NCBI RefSeq assembly: GCF_040938485.1 | Contig: NW_027271970.1 | Coordinates: 186,001-250,000, forward strand | Direction: 5' to 3' | From: Diadema antillarum | Lineage: Eukaryota | Length of the DNA: 64,000 nt | Shown here: positions 35,819 through 48,469 of the stretch, piece by piece | Layout of the letters: every line of letters starts with the position of its first letter | How positions within the stretch are numbered: the stretch's first letter is position 1 | Made by a program: the position numbers and the translations under genes | Notes under the pieces: model-generated | What the model saw: only the letters and a program-made list of their open reading frames with translations | Database searches by the model: none | Told to the model about the DNA's origin: nothing

Positions 35819-38800
35819 GGGCAATTCCATAAATTTGTCAACCAGAGGGTCAATTTTTCAAAATGAAATTATCAGCACAAATTATATATCATTTTGATGG
35901 GAATTGTTTAAACTGTTCAAAAATGTAAATTAGAAATGTACTTTACCAAGGTCAAGGTCACAGGAGTGATTTCAATGAAGCCATTTAACAACTGCTCTGG
36001 AACCACTTTTATAATCCACTATTTCATTTGATATTTTTTGTGAAGGAAAAGAAAACTTTTCAACTCACTACATCATTAAATATGAAGGTAATGAATCACT
36101 TTTTCCATATCCATAGGGTAGAGAATGTGAAAGTGACAATTTATGTTGTCTTCTTTACTTTTATTTTATGCATTATTTCAATGTACGTCCGAAACAAAAA
36201 AACACTTTTTTTTAATCTTACATAAAAACTTGAATGCCAGTAAACTGCAAAATCTCAATGCAAAGCAAGTTTTTGTTGCTTTTCAAATGTGTAACTTTAG
36301 AATTTTGTAATTATCTCTAATTAATGAAAAAATATGTGTTCGGACGTACACTTTTTTATGTACGTCCGAAACAACTTTTATGTACGTCCGAAACGCTTTT
36401 CATGTTGACTTCTTACTGTGCTCTGGAACCCATTGAAAACAATCCTATTGAGCTTACATGTTTAAGGAATACATTTCTGTGTCTAATCCTCTTGTATACA
36501 TAGGTTAATGATAGTCAATAAAATTTTAATTATTCACTAAATAAACAAATTCTGTCCATGTATGTGTGTCCACAAACAAGTTAGGCTGAACAGAAAGCGT
36601 GGTCTGAAGTTGATACTGTGGAATGTATGAAAACCACCAACAGTAGGGAATGGTCATATATCAACATTCTGAGACATTCTTTAGACAATGTGTCTTTACA
36701 AGGACAGATATTGATTACTTGCTTACTTACATAGAGCAGAGAAGGTGGCTTGTTGTATGAAATACCCTCCTATTTTGGCCAAGACTGAGTATTTCAGCTT
36801 CTTATCACCTTGCGTTCACATTGCAATCTACAATGTACTGTTTTCTACCATTTTTGTCAGCTGGTGTTTACAATCCTAATCCTGTGACTTGAAGTTATCA
36901 TCTGCATCTTCATGCATTTTGATTACAGATATATGGACACATAGTCTGCAATTTAGACAACAATAGACATGATATACATCATTGTTACGACCTCAGACCT
37001 CATAGACATACAATGTTCAATTCACTTCGGTTAGTTCCTAGACCTTTTGTCAGTTTTCTTCACAAAGCTATGACGTATTTATCTTCTTTCAAAATCGGTT
37101 TCATGGTCTACTGTAGTATCTATGTCATATCATATTTTTTTAATTTAATGATTTAATTCAATGCTGCACACTGGCACTGGTCCAATGGTCCAGGACAAGT
37201 AAAAATTACTGTCGGACCAGTAGTTTTTTAAAGGGATGGACCAGTTAAAGATGGAAAAACTGGGTACCTACTGGTCTGACAGACCAGTCCGACCAGTAGA
37301 AAAAATGGGTAAGTGTGCAGCCCTGTCTAATTTGTGATTTATCATCATGCACTTTAATCATCCATTTGAAAATTACAGACTGACGTTGCTGCCGAAGGAA
37401 TACTGGAGTAGGTCATGCCATAAAATGGTTATGATAGTGTTAGTGATTTATGATAATAATTAAAAATATTTCAGAGTGAATAAGATTTTTTTTTTCCATA
37501 GAATAAATTATGCAACAAAAATACACTGCATAGAGCCCACTGTTTAGCAGGTACTCAATAGCATTTCACTAAATCTAATATTCTTTACAAAAAAACAACA
37601 ACATCAAAAGGCCTTTGATTATCAGAATATTCCAAGCAAAATGCAAAACTGTCCCATATTTTACTTTCTTCATACATTACCATACATGTTTCTGTGAGCT
37701 TGACCTCACAAAAAGGAACCCATAATGTTTAAATTACACTGAATGTTGTGTTTAATACATAAATCACTCATAAATTGAATGTGACCATGCAATATATGCT
37801 TTGCTCTTTTCATTGTAAGTTCAGAGAGTTTTGAGAACAGAGTAAAAATTCATGTAAAATTTTCTGGTCCAATACATGTACTTACTGTTAAATCGACATA
37901 AAGTAATCAGCAATTGGTTTCTTTTGATTATTTTTTTCCATAATTGTAAAGGTCCTTGTTTACTACTGTAATATGCTTTAAGACTAGGGTTTAATTCTAA
38001 TATTGGCCAAACAGGCCTATTTTTCACTCTTATTTCCCATAAGATGGCAAAATCAAATAGCTTTGACTTGCCCATGAACAATATTGTGTCAGGATTACTC
38101 TACTATTGTCTGTAAAAAAAAAAAAAAAATTATGTATTGTTTTGCAACCATGGTATACAATGTACATGTAACAAATATCTAGTCAGTATGTTACAAACAG
38201 TTATTGGTTACTACACGTAAATCTCTCGATTTTCCACAAGTTTTATTTTTCTTTCTGTTTGTAAATAAATGCATCTGGTACTGTACTTCGTTGATCGTAT
38301 ATTATTTTGTACCGTGAATAAAAAAATAACCTGAAATATAATGTTTCTATAATTAATTGGTTACCTATGCAACACATGTGATTCTGTTGTTCTGGCCAGT
38401 TAGTTTTTAGGCTGTATTTTGTGTTATAATCACAAAGTTTGATATCAGAATTCTGGTTCTGTAATACAAGTACATATACTTTAATCAAGCCTGAATATTG
38501 TTATGTACATGTATTATTAAGGCAGCTGATAATGCACAGACCCTATGTACGGTATACAGTATTTTTCATGTTCTGAAGCTCTTTCATTCTTTTACACTGG
38601 TAATGCTGACATGATAGACAAGTGCTATCATCTGAGAAGGGCCTAGGATGAAAAATAGTTATGAAACAAATTTCTTTTTGCATTTATTACAAGTGTTGTT
38701 GAGGGTGTACAAAGTGTACGTCCGAAACGGCGGTCATGTACGTCCAAAACTGTACGTCCGAAACAAAAAACAAACATAATAATTTCAATGTTAATTGTTT

Positions 38801-39134
38801 AAATTGCTATTTTTTTTTACATTTCTACATCATTTCACATCTACTTTAACTGATATAATGTGAATTTTTAGAAAAATATTGCATACTTCACAGAACTTTG
38901 TGATTGAACTTATGAAGTCAGAAAATTCACTTTTTCTGTGTACGTCCAAACACATGCTATTTTTTAATCATTCCAAGGTCACTGAGGTCTTGACATAATT
39001 TTTTCATAGTTAATTGTTTTCTACTAACCACTTGTCATATCATGGCCTGAAAAAAGTGTCATATTCTCAATCTTGGTATCTTTGGCAGCTTAATAATGTG
39101 TTCAAAATGTACGTCCGAATTTATGGAATTGCCC
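35819..39134. mobile_element. 3.3-kb non-autonomous DNA transposon (PIF/Harbinger-like ends) with subterminal GTACGTCCGAA motifs
   Basis: 17-bp TIR GGGCAATTCCATAAATT / AATTTATGGAATTGCCC; nine GTACGTCC(G/A)AA copies clustered near the two ends; nested small element at about 37160-37325. No transposase ORF seen. Confidence 0.75.
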
Positions 39135-40245
39135 ATTAGTGGGAGGTTAGTTTTTAAAAAAAAATGTCTCGGAAAGGTTCCGGCGTAAACTGAAGGAAAA
39201 AAATATTGTCAACTACACTCTTTTCTGTTATTCCAGTGAGTATGATAAATCCAAACATTCTAACTTGTACTCCAACGAAATCAATTAAGCTTAACTATCT
39301 ATATAACCAAAATGTCTGCCGAATCACTATAAATAATTGTAAATTTGGGAAACGTAATATTTAGTAAATTTGTAAAATCATTCAGTATTATACACTTGTA
39401 GGAATTTACACTTCGATTTAGACGAACATTTCCGGGGTTCTTTATTGTTCACGATTGTCATCATCAATCAGTTTGAAAACTAGTATTCAAATACTCAAAT
39501 ACAGAGCGTAAGCACTGCTAGCTGAATTTATGATTTTGTGATGCTGTTGTTGTCTGAGGGAGGCGAATTAAACACACGGCGTCATATTTGTTATTTTCTA
39601 TACAGCGTGTAATAGAACAAAATGCCGAATCTTCTAATACAGTGTATTGTGTGCATTTCAGATGCAGGTTTTGTGAGTTTCATGCGTCTTATGTGCACTA
39701 GAGTCAGTACTATATGCAATAGTGAAATATATCATTTGATTCTGAAAGCTTTTTTAAAAGCATCTTTGCCTTTCAGCTTTTTTTTTCAAAAGTTTTAGCC
39801 CTCCAAGGACTATTCTATAGTCTCAATATCAATATATTACAACTCATCTTCATCCATACTCTCGTTTTCTCTTAACATTTTTCTCGTTGTCGTTTACATA
39901 AACAAATGTTAGAGTGACTGCCACTTTAAATTGAACTTGTTAAGAGCACTCGACACAGAATAAGGATATATCTCATCTGCATGGTATTCAATATTCTTTT
40001 TATTCATAAACTTAAACGTAGAAACTTTGTTCTTTAACCTTTTCCAAACAATGTTGCTGAATCACAATCAAATTAATCAGAATCACAACACAGTTTAAAG
40101 CGTCGTTTTTCTTTCTACTTTTGGTTTAAAGGAAAGCCCCCCCCCCCCCCGCAAAAAAAAAAAGAATTCCAGCCTAAACTTTTTTTCTGTGGTCTGTGGA
40201 ACCCTTATTTATCAATTTTTCTGTTTCATTCCAGATTGACTCACG

Positions 40246-40282
<37 letters not shown>

Positions 40283-40922
40283 GTACAATATCTTTCAACT
40301 CTTCTTTACAAAACGAACATTTCGCACTACTGACGTTTTCAGCTTATACGGTTTATTCAAAAGACAAAATCCTATTTACTATCTTATACAGAAAATATCT
40401 CAAACCAATTTCCAGAGTGAAACGAAATATCATAATTATGATTCTTTCCATTCTTGCAGTTTTCAGGGGGTCTGTTCAAATTTCGTCCCCATTTCGAACA
40501 TATCGAGGGTAAAATTTTGTTTTTCCAAGAAGAGATAAATTTATAATTCATCGGTGACACCCCTGAAATTGTTTGGGCGCATACCCTATGTACCCCCGTC
40601 ACACCCCGTCCCCGTATCGGCACCCTGACGTTTATCGTACTGCATTTCAGCATAATTAAGTTGACTTAATCCCAACAATGTTCAAGGGAGGTACACACAC
40701 ACACACACACACAAACTCACACACACACACACACACACACATGCGCTCACAAATGCACACATTATTGAAGAAGTGGACGGAAGAAAATACTATCCTGATA
40801 TGTACTCGTTAGCATTAATAAAATGTTGAGGAAATAAATAGAAGTGCTATCTCCCCAATTAATGTTCCTCGATCCTCTTTTCCTTTCTTCTCCTCCTTGG
40901 AAAAATGTGAAAAAAAAAACGT

Positions 40923-41068
40923 CTGGGGTCCGTTTCATGAATGTCTTATGAGAGACTTTTCACTCATAAGACACACTTATGGGAGTTCATGAATTGGATT
41001 TGAAAAATAGCTACAGAGTACATTATGAGCGTAAAGACTTTTATTTTACTTCATGAGACGTACCCCAG
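40923..41068. mobile_element. Small Harbinger-like MITE
   Basis: CTGGGGTCCGTTTCATGAA / TTCATGAGACGTACCCCAG. Confidence 0.7.
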
Positions 41069-41451
41069 GTCTCTACGACTGACTCTGTCCATGTATAGTG
41101 ACTTTAATGTTCAACACAATATTTAAGAAATCACCAAGAAGGCCACTGAACAGCTTAGCTTCATAATCATGTGGCACCCACACAGTTCCTTGCACAATCG
41201 TTCAGAGAACATGCCTACATTAAAACCGACCGTGCGTCCACACTAGCATGATAGAGAATACTTGGAGTACTTTTCCGGCGTCTGGAACTCCCATTCAATC
41301 TTGGAAATCTGGAGGCTGGAAAATTTCTATGGCAAGTCGGGCCTATAGTTCGGTACGTCACAATTGACTACAGAAGAATAGAGTTTCGCCACTTGTCTGA
41401 TCGATATAGACTATTATTACCTATACGAGGGAGTTTTGCCAGGCAATTCCG

Positions 41452-41510
41452 GTTGTTATTTTGCAGGGTTAAAGGTCAGGAGTTGTTATTTTGCAGGGTT
41501 AAAGGTCAGC
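41452..41510 (+). repeat. 30-bp tandem duplication
   Basis: GTTGTTATTTTGCAGGGTTAAAGGTCAG occurs twice. Confidence 0.9.
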
Positions 41511-42083
41511 AGTCAATATGCTTTTCGCCACGTCGCTGCGTAACAGCACTACCTCCATGGTAACAGTAACAGTCAGTGCAATCTTCCGGTTTGGGGAGGT
41601 GGGAAGAGAAAGAGTGGAATCTCTCTCCCCACCTCTCTGCTTTAAACGTAAACGTTCCGACCGACCACGAAAAGAAAACATTCCAGGACGTCCAGGGTGT
41701 CAGTTACACGCACCGCAGAAGAACGCTGATAAATCAACTCATACAAGGTCGACCACTTACAGCAGCACAAGTACTAGGCAATGACTAACCTAGTCCATTT
41801 GTGATCAGTGATTGCACAGTAACCATTAGTTTTACAACTCTCAAACTTTAAACAGAGAAGTAAAAATAAAGTGTAAGAACGTTCAGAAGTTTGAAGTTTG
41901 CCTGTTAGAACTACATGTATCTTTGAAGTTGTAGTTGAATGATACATTGATGAACAATTTTGCAATTATTCAACATGTTGATGGTGTACAGGTAGTCAAA
42001 TGTGGCTTGATCTGTAGCATATAAGGTGTATAGCCGTATTTACATATTTTCTAAATTTACCAGGGGGATAGGTAATAATTATG

Positions 42084-42223
42084 ATATTGACTGGCCTTTC
42101 TTTCGGGAGGTACCAGATAAATATTGCCCGCACTGAAAACATATTGCCCTCGTCTTCGACTCGGGCAATATGCTTTCAGTTTGGGCAATATTTTCTGGTA
42201 CCTCCCTCAGGGCCAGTCAATAT
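42084..42223. repeat. Palindromic element with central CCCTCGTCTTCGACTCGGG hairpin
   Basis: ATATTGACTGGCC...GGCCAGTCAATAT with nested inverted segments. Confidence 0.85.
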
Positions 42224-42754
42224 TATATAATTATGTTATGACTCAATTTGTCCACGAGGCGTACACTGCAATGTGCAGACTCAGCATGGCATAGTAACAA
42301 GCTCGATCGTTGCAATACCTCCGGAAAATTTTTCACTTTATAAGTAGGAGTCCCATTACATTAAAGCCCCATTACCTTTACATTTCACGCCAGGATACCA
42401 TGACGGATTATCCCGGATCTTAATCCTGGGTGATTCGGCGTGGAACATCGCAATATCCTTTCAGTGGATTATACGATTCGAACTATAAAGAATACGGTGT
42501 GTACACGGACAGACAAGGCGGCAACAAGGAGGTTCGAGAGATGGAGTTACAACTGACTATAATCATTCAATCAGCTGTCAGTTTTCTATGGACGGACAAA
42601 ATAATTCCACAGGACAAGGTGCATTTGTGCCTTTGATGTTCGATGCTTGAGCTGCCATCTTTCTGAGCAATCTGAAGATTCATTTTTAACGCTAACATAA
42701 TATCGGGTATAATTTGCTGCTCGTTTATATATCAAATGCAATGAAATTTCACTG

Positions 42755-43175
42755 TCTCGGGTTCGAATCCCAATGGAATCCCATTTTCTTTGCTCACTTT
42801 TCCACTAATAATTTATATTCTTTCTGGTCAGTTTATTCTGTCTTTATTTGTTACAAACTCAAAAAGCTGCATCACTTCGGTGATCCCTCGCATTTATCCC
42901 CAAGTTGAATTATCCTTCGGGTTTATGCCAGGTTCAAGTGTGTGCGTGTGTGTCACACACAAACACACTGCTATAGCTTCTGACCACCCGAGCATTGAGA
43001 ATTAAGGGTTTCTGGGACGAACACTGCACTAGGGCTTTCTATAGCTCAGTCGGTAGAGCACCGGTCTAGCAATCCGGAGGTCTCGGGTTCGAATCCCGAT
43101 GGAATCCCATTTTCTTTGCTCACTTTTTCACTAATAATTTATATTCTTTCTGGTCAGTTTATTCTGTCTTTATTT
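42755..43175 (+). repeat. 95-bp direct repeat pair (42755-42849 and 43081-43175) containing the tRNA-like 3' half plus tail
   Basis: TCTCGGGTTCGAATCCC...TCTGTCTTTATTT occurs twice, with about 2 mismatches, 326 bp apart. Confidence 0.9.
43032..43109 (+). tRNA. tRNA-like sequence (AGC at the anticodon position); probably a pseudogene or tRNA-derived repeat/SINE head
   Basis: A box TAGCTCAGTCGG, D arm GCTC/GAGC, anticodon stem CCGGT/TCCGG with a T-T mismatch, T arm TCGGG-TTCGAAT-CCCGA, TTTT directly downstream. The acceptor stem is irregular and the 3' half is duplicated at 42755-42849. Confidence 0.55.
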
Positions 43176-43501
43176 CTAATGATAAAGCATACAAAACAAA
43201 AGTCAATTCCGTTCAAAAATATGTGCAAAAGTGTAAATCTGAGTTGTATTTTGTGAAAGTGTTTGAAATTTTACCCTCATGGACGGCCGGTTTTATCACT
43301 TTTCTCTTTATTTCCGCCAAATGAATCTGATATGGTGTCATCTTCAAATATAGTTCTTTATCAATTAATATGTCAGATTAGCGTACAGACATGTACAGTC
43401 GAGTAATTTTGATATCTATTTCAGCAATATTTGAGCAATTTCTATTCGCGCACCCCCTTGCCTTTACCATTGTCTACCGCCTATCGTTTGTAATAGGGAT
43501 A

Positions 43502-43704
43502 GCGAAAAGTAATTACCATCATAAAGACATATCTTCCATTGAGAGTGACGAGTCATGATGCAATGCCAATTGAATCAATTGACTTCCTATCTGTGAGACA
43601 GCTCCAGTTTGACACATACTTCAAATATTTTTTGAGTGGCGGTTTCGAGCATGAGATCAAAGCGAACAAGACTGTTGTGACTCCATTTCTCGAACCTCCT
43701 TGGT
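43502..43704 (+). repeat. Interspersed repeat, second copy of 11859-12062
   Basis: Direct comparison. Confidence 0.85.
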
Positions 43705-45206
43705 AGCAACGCGGACAACACCGGAAACTCATACGGAGCTACTTTGATCGGATCTCAATTCTCAAGGAAGAGCATTGAGACCCCTGGATGAGTTCACGGT
43801 CCTTACATGGAGGTGTACATACATCGTCTACTACTGTAGGATATCCGCGAAATACTGACTGGTGATTTTATTATTGTACAGCAGTTAAATGGACCTACAC
43901 CGTTCCTGCTCTCCTCACAAATGTACAAGTCTGGCACCTTCTTAGGCTTCGGACAGAGCTAATGAATTTGAGGGCTGCCTTTCAATATGTTTGTCTCCCT
44001 CGAGTGTGGGCTCTGATGGCTGAGGAGTTGTTACCCTACACGTACTGGTCTAGGCCTCCGTCGGAATCTCTTTCAGGAGGAGATGAGTTTCGAAGTGGAT
44101 CCTTTTTTCTTCTTTTTTTTTTCTTTTGCAAGTGCCCTTCGACCTCTTCCGCTCCTAGGTACGTCTGCTATCTGCGAAATGATGGTGTGCATATTAGCCT
44201 TCATCTATGTTCGTCACATGGTAATTTGCAATAGGATTATTTGTATTAGTAACATACAGTACATGGAATTTCAAACCTGGATAAAACCTGTGTTAGTACA
44301 AACTTCTCGGATCCAAGATATATGATATGATATTTGAAGTCTACATGGATGCACACGGTACCTTCAAGAAAGAATAGGGAGTGCCTCCATTCGTAAACTG
44401 CTTACACTTTAATAGGCCTATTTATGTCAGAGGTACAGTAGCACGGATGATCACGGAGAGACGATTCGAGAAGATTGTGACGCAATAGGTTAAGGACTAA
44501 AAGGGGCTTTAATCGGGTATATTATGCTTTGATTAACACTATCCGATTTAAGTGGAAACTACTGTATTTGTTCAGTGAAATGTGTGTGTGTGTATGTATG
44601 TTTGTTTGCTTGGTTGTTTTTTTTTTCCACGGGGTGTTCTTCGTTATTTCGAAGGTACGTTGATCCTAAAACTAACCCGAACCTTTGTGCGGTATTCCAG
44701 AGGTTCGCTATTCCGAGGTACCGAAATCCGAAAATGAAATAAAGTCCTTAAGAATACTTATTTCATTTTCGGATTCACGAACCTTCTGAATAACAAACTG
44801 TAACCGTTGTTCAGACTGTGTTTGAAAATGAAGGAATAGAACTGTCATTTATATTCGGCCCAAGACTGTTCCGATATTTCGGACTGACAAAATGTAATGG
44901 TTTTGTCGTTGCTGTTTTAGCAAACCCACGATCTTGAGGTCTTGGAGCTCATGCGGGACTCGGGAACACAAATCGGGAAAGTCTATGTGAGCTGGTTAAA
45001 GGCTCAAGGCGCAGAAAAAAGGCAGAAAAGCAAAAACGACCTAGAAAATGAAACGAGACAGGAATGACACATGCAGAATAGATTGATTGAAATGCTGTTG
45101 AAGGAGGAAAGCTTACAACTTAGGTCCATAGCACACAACATCTGCGAAATAGCACCTGCAACTCTTAGGCCGAATTCATGATGGTGGTACAATCTTTGTC
45201 CATAAT

Positions 45207-45358
45207 AAACCATGGACAAAGACCATAGTTTGTATGGGGCGCCAAGTGTCGCGTGGCCTATTTCGTTACGAAATCAGTCATTTCGTTATGAAATAGGCCA
45301 TGCGACACTTGGGGCCCCATACAAAACTCTACAAAACTACGGTCTTTGTCCATGGTTT
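45207..45358. mobile_element. Palindromic MITE (AAACCATGGACAAAGACC ends; inner GTATGGGGCGCCAAGTG cassette)
   Basis: Near-complete inverted symmetry. Confidence 0.8.
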
Positions 45359-45529
45359 AATGGACAAAGATTGTACTGCCTTCGTGAATTCGGGCCCTAG
45401 AATAAAACACTCTGTGTATTCCGGAAAACAAAAAGTCACTGACTTTTTCGATATGGATAGTTTAAAATATTTTCTTACTAAATCTCTATTGAGCATGGAG
45501 TAGATGCTTGTGTTTAGGCACTCCAAAGC

Positions 45530-45800
45530 CACAGTTCCACAGTGTGAAATACAATGTGAAACACAATGTGAACGCATTGTAAACACAGTGTGAAGTCTGT
45601 TCACACTATTAAATTCGAACGTTTCAACATTGTGAACACATTCAAAATGCTATGTGAAACAGAACCTGTTATGTGAACTGTCTGTGAGAAACCAAACCAC
45701 AGTGTGAAATCATCTCCACAATGTTAAATTCAAGCGTTTTAACATAGTCGACTATATGTGAACATATTGTGAACACACTGTGGGACACTGTGTTCTCTCG
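45530..45800. repeat. Degenerate ACAGTGTGAA-type short repeat array (MITE interior)
   Basis: Many A(C/T)A(G/A)TGTGAA units in both orientations. Confidence 0.6.
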
Positions 45801-45881
45801 AGCAGGGTCAGAAGGTAAATTGGACTAAAATGGACATCATTCTTAATATCTCCTAGTCCTCCCATAGGTGAATATTATTAT

Positions 45882-46062
45882 AGATGATGACTGGCGGGGG
45901 AGGGAACATAACGAATGTTCCACCCGAAGGGTTTGAAATACTATTGAGGGAGGTTATAAGTCCCGAGACGAAGTCGAGGGACTTATAGCCTCCCGAAATA
46001 GCATTTTAAACCCTGAGGGTGGAACGTTTGGTACATGTTCCCGACAACAAAAGTCATCATCT
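45882..46062. repeat. Palindromic element with central GTCCCGAGACGAAGTCGAGGGAC hairpin
   Basis: AGATGATGACT...AGTCATCATCT ends with nested inverted segments. Confidence 0.85.
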
Positions 46063-46870
46063 GTTATATATTATACAACACCTCAGAATGATGTCGAATT
46101 GTGATTGGCCAAGAACATGTCACATGACATTCAATAGAAAATACCTATCAAACTCATTGAGAGTGACAGCCATACTATAGGCCCCTGGCATGGGCCTATT
46201 GCACGGCTCGAAGGTACTATAGCACGGCTTCGCGGGGGGCTACTAATGCATGGCCGGCCGCTCACAGAGTTCTGTGGCTCACACCCGTTGTAGCAAAGCG
46301 CCAGCAAACTACATTGTACAAGCAGTGTACGTGCTGGCCGGCTGCGCTGCGCTGCCGGTAAGTCTCACAGACCAGGCGCGGCGGAGTACTGCAACGTTAT
46401 CGTGTACGCGCAGTTACTTTACCTAGCTAGTTGCATGTATCGCGACCTTTATACCTACTGCTGTGTTTTTACTTTTGACTCTGATCTGCTACGTGGACCA
46501 CAGTGATCCCAAAATCAAGACTTCATTTCAAGTTGAGAAACCGTAATTTGATTATTTTTCTGTGTTTTTATACAAAATCATTTTCGGAAATAGACAAATT
46601 CTAGACCTATACACACTAGATCTACCGACATCTCAGATCGGCCTAACAGTCAGGCCTAACTCGATCTAACGTTAGCGTAGAATGGGTATAGACCCTGCGG
46701 AGTTTGTGATTCCTGTGACTGTGTGGTCGAATCATGACGAGTGTTTGAAAGCAGTACACAGGATGGTTTACAATTCTCTGCCTAATTGTTACATTTAATT
46801 CTTTGGGCCTTCCTGAGTTGGCGGTCACTAATTTTGTATTGTGATTGTGGACAAGGTGTTGTATAAAACG

Positions 46871-47040
46871 AATAATTTATGATTTTGTTCGTGCATTGGG
46901 GCACGTAATACCGCACTCGGCGCGAGATTCGCCACTGGTCTATTCAACGCGGCGCTACGCGCCTTGTTGAATAGACCAGTGGCTCATCTCGCGCCTCGTG
47001 CGATATTCGTGCCCTACGCACTCACAACTCATAAATAATT
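46871..47040. repeat. Palindromic element with central GCGGCGCTACGCGCC hairpin
   Basis: CCACTGGTCTATTCAAC / GTTGAATAGACCAGTGG arms plus outer imperfect arms. Confidence 0.85.
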
Positions 47041-47238
47041 CGTATAATTTGGGTTAGTCAAATATACGTCAACGTCAACCACCAGCACGACACACTCGAT
47101 CGCTCGCTCGCGCAGAGCCAAATTCACTGTGCGTGCGGTCCTAGGCCTTCTGTCATTTTGTTACGTGAAAATGTTTTCCCATGGGAGAACATTACAAAGA
47201 ATGTTCGCCCTTGGACGAACGTAACGAATGTGCCTCCA

Positions 47239-47349
47239 TCACGTGACTGTGTTTAGCCAATCACTAACCGGTATTTGACTAACCCATTTAATATAACAAA
47301 ATGTTCCACTATCAGCTGATCTGCTTTATCAAGTCGCTGGCAGGTAGGC
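47239..47349 (+). promoter_or_regulatory. Candidate core promoter and short non-coding first exon of copy 4
   Basis: TCACGTGA (47239), AGCCAATCA (47255), TATAA (47292), Inr-like TCAGCT with A at 47324 (about 32 nt after TATA), donor CAG|GTAGGC at 47344 and a matching acceptor at 47605. Motif-based only. Confidence 0.35.
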
Positions 47350-47649
47350 TTGAAGAATGCGCAGACCAACACATAATTACACGCCTATCATAGTGATTTA
47401 CCGCGTTTGATGGGTGTTCAGTTATGATAATGAGATTAATGACAATAACGACAATAACGTTGACACTATTTTTCATCATGATTTTACTTGACGTAGTAAT
47501 AGTTATGTTACTGTGGATTATAATGGTGATGACATATTGATTTCACTTGAAAACGATCATCGTGACATGCTGGCTGTATTTGATTAACAATTTTATGTCT
47601 ATTAGAATCGACTCAGCCAGCAAACGGCATCAGGGACCACCGATGAAAT

Positions 47650-48333
47650 ATGGCTGATATTTCGCAGAACGCCGTAGTCCTACAATCTCCAGAGGGGCAG
47701 CGTCTCCTACATGGGACCGCCGTACGGCAGACACTGCTCATCCGCATTTTCAGCAAGCAGTTCGTCAACGGATATTGTGGTCTCCATTCTGCCGCCCTCC
47801 TCATGAGCGCGCGTCACTTCGGCAAGAAATATCCAGACACCCTCCAGCACAGCAATTGTGACGTCAGCGATGTGCCTTTCTTGGACACCAACATGTTCGA
47901 GTTCCCAGAGACGAACCGAGTACTGCAGAATGAGAATCTCCTTAGAGAGGGGACCACTTTGAAGGAGATCCAGGAACTCTTCCAGGCATTCGGCGTGGGC
48001 TGCGAAAGGTTTCACACCAGCGAGAGCAGTGTTGACGAGTTTCGTTCTCGAGCGATGGCGGCACTCTCTCACTCGGACTCCAGTCACGGAGTGATCGTTA
48101 ATTTCGAAATGGAGTTAAATTTGGACGGCAAGTTCATCATTCTTGGGCATTTAAGTCCACTGGCAGCGTACCATGAAGCAAGCGACTGCTTTCTTCTTCT
48201 CGACACGTCCGTTCATAAAAGAGAATTGTGGGTCCCAACGAGAGATTTGTTCGAAAAGATGAATACAAAGGACAACGTGTCTTCACTCACAAGAGGATTT
48301 TTAATTGCGAATTTTATGTCGGGTCCAGCATGA
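47650..48333 (+). CDS. Phytochelatin synthase-like protein, copy 4, 227 aa
   Basis: LQSPEGQRLL, FSKQFVNGYCG, GHLSPLAAYH, DCFLLLD, MNTKDNVSSLTRGFLI. In-frame TGA just upstream of the ATG; acceptor TTTTATGTCTATTAG (AG 47604-47605). Confidence 0.92.
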   Translation: MADISQNAVVLQSPEGQRLLHGTAVRQTLLIRIFSKQFVNGYCGLHSAALLMSARHFGKKYPDTLQHSNCDVSDVPFLDTNMFEFPETNRVLQNENLLREGTTLKEIQELFQAFGVGCERFHTSESSVDEFRSRAMAALSHSDSSHGVIVNFEMELNLDGKFIILGHLSPLAAYHEASDCFLLLDTSVHKRELWVPTRDLFEKMNTKDNVSSLTRGFLIANFMSGPA

Positions 48334-48469
48334 GAGATGAAATTTATGTACATTTTCGTATCTCGGAAAGATATTACGACATCTCAGACGATATTCTTGC
48401 CGTCTCTAAAATGTAATCTGCATATGATACACTGTAGTACGTCCCACTGTTGTATAGTCACAGTTCGCA

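Noticed and set aside
43032-43109. Functional tRNA-Ala(AGC)
   Set aside because: Irregular acceptor stem without the Ala identity context, a T-T pair in the anticodon stem, and a partial duplication. Called tRNA-like only.
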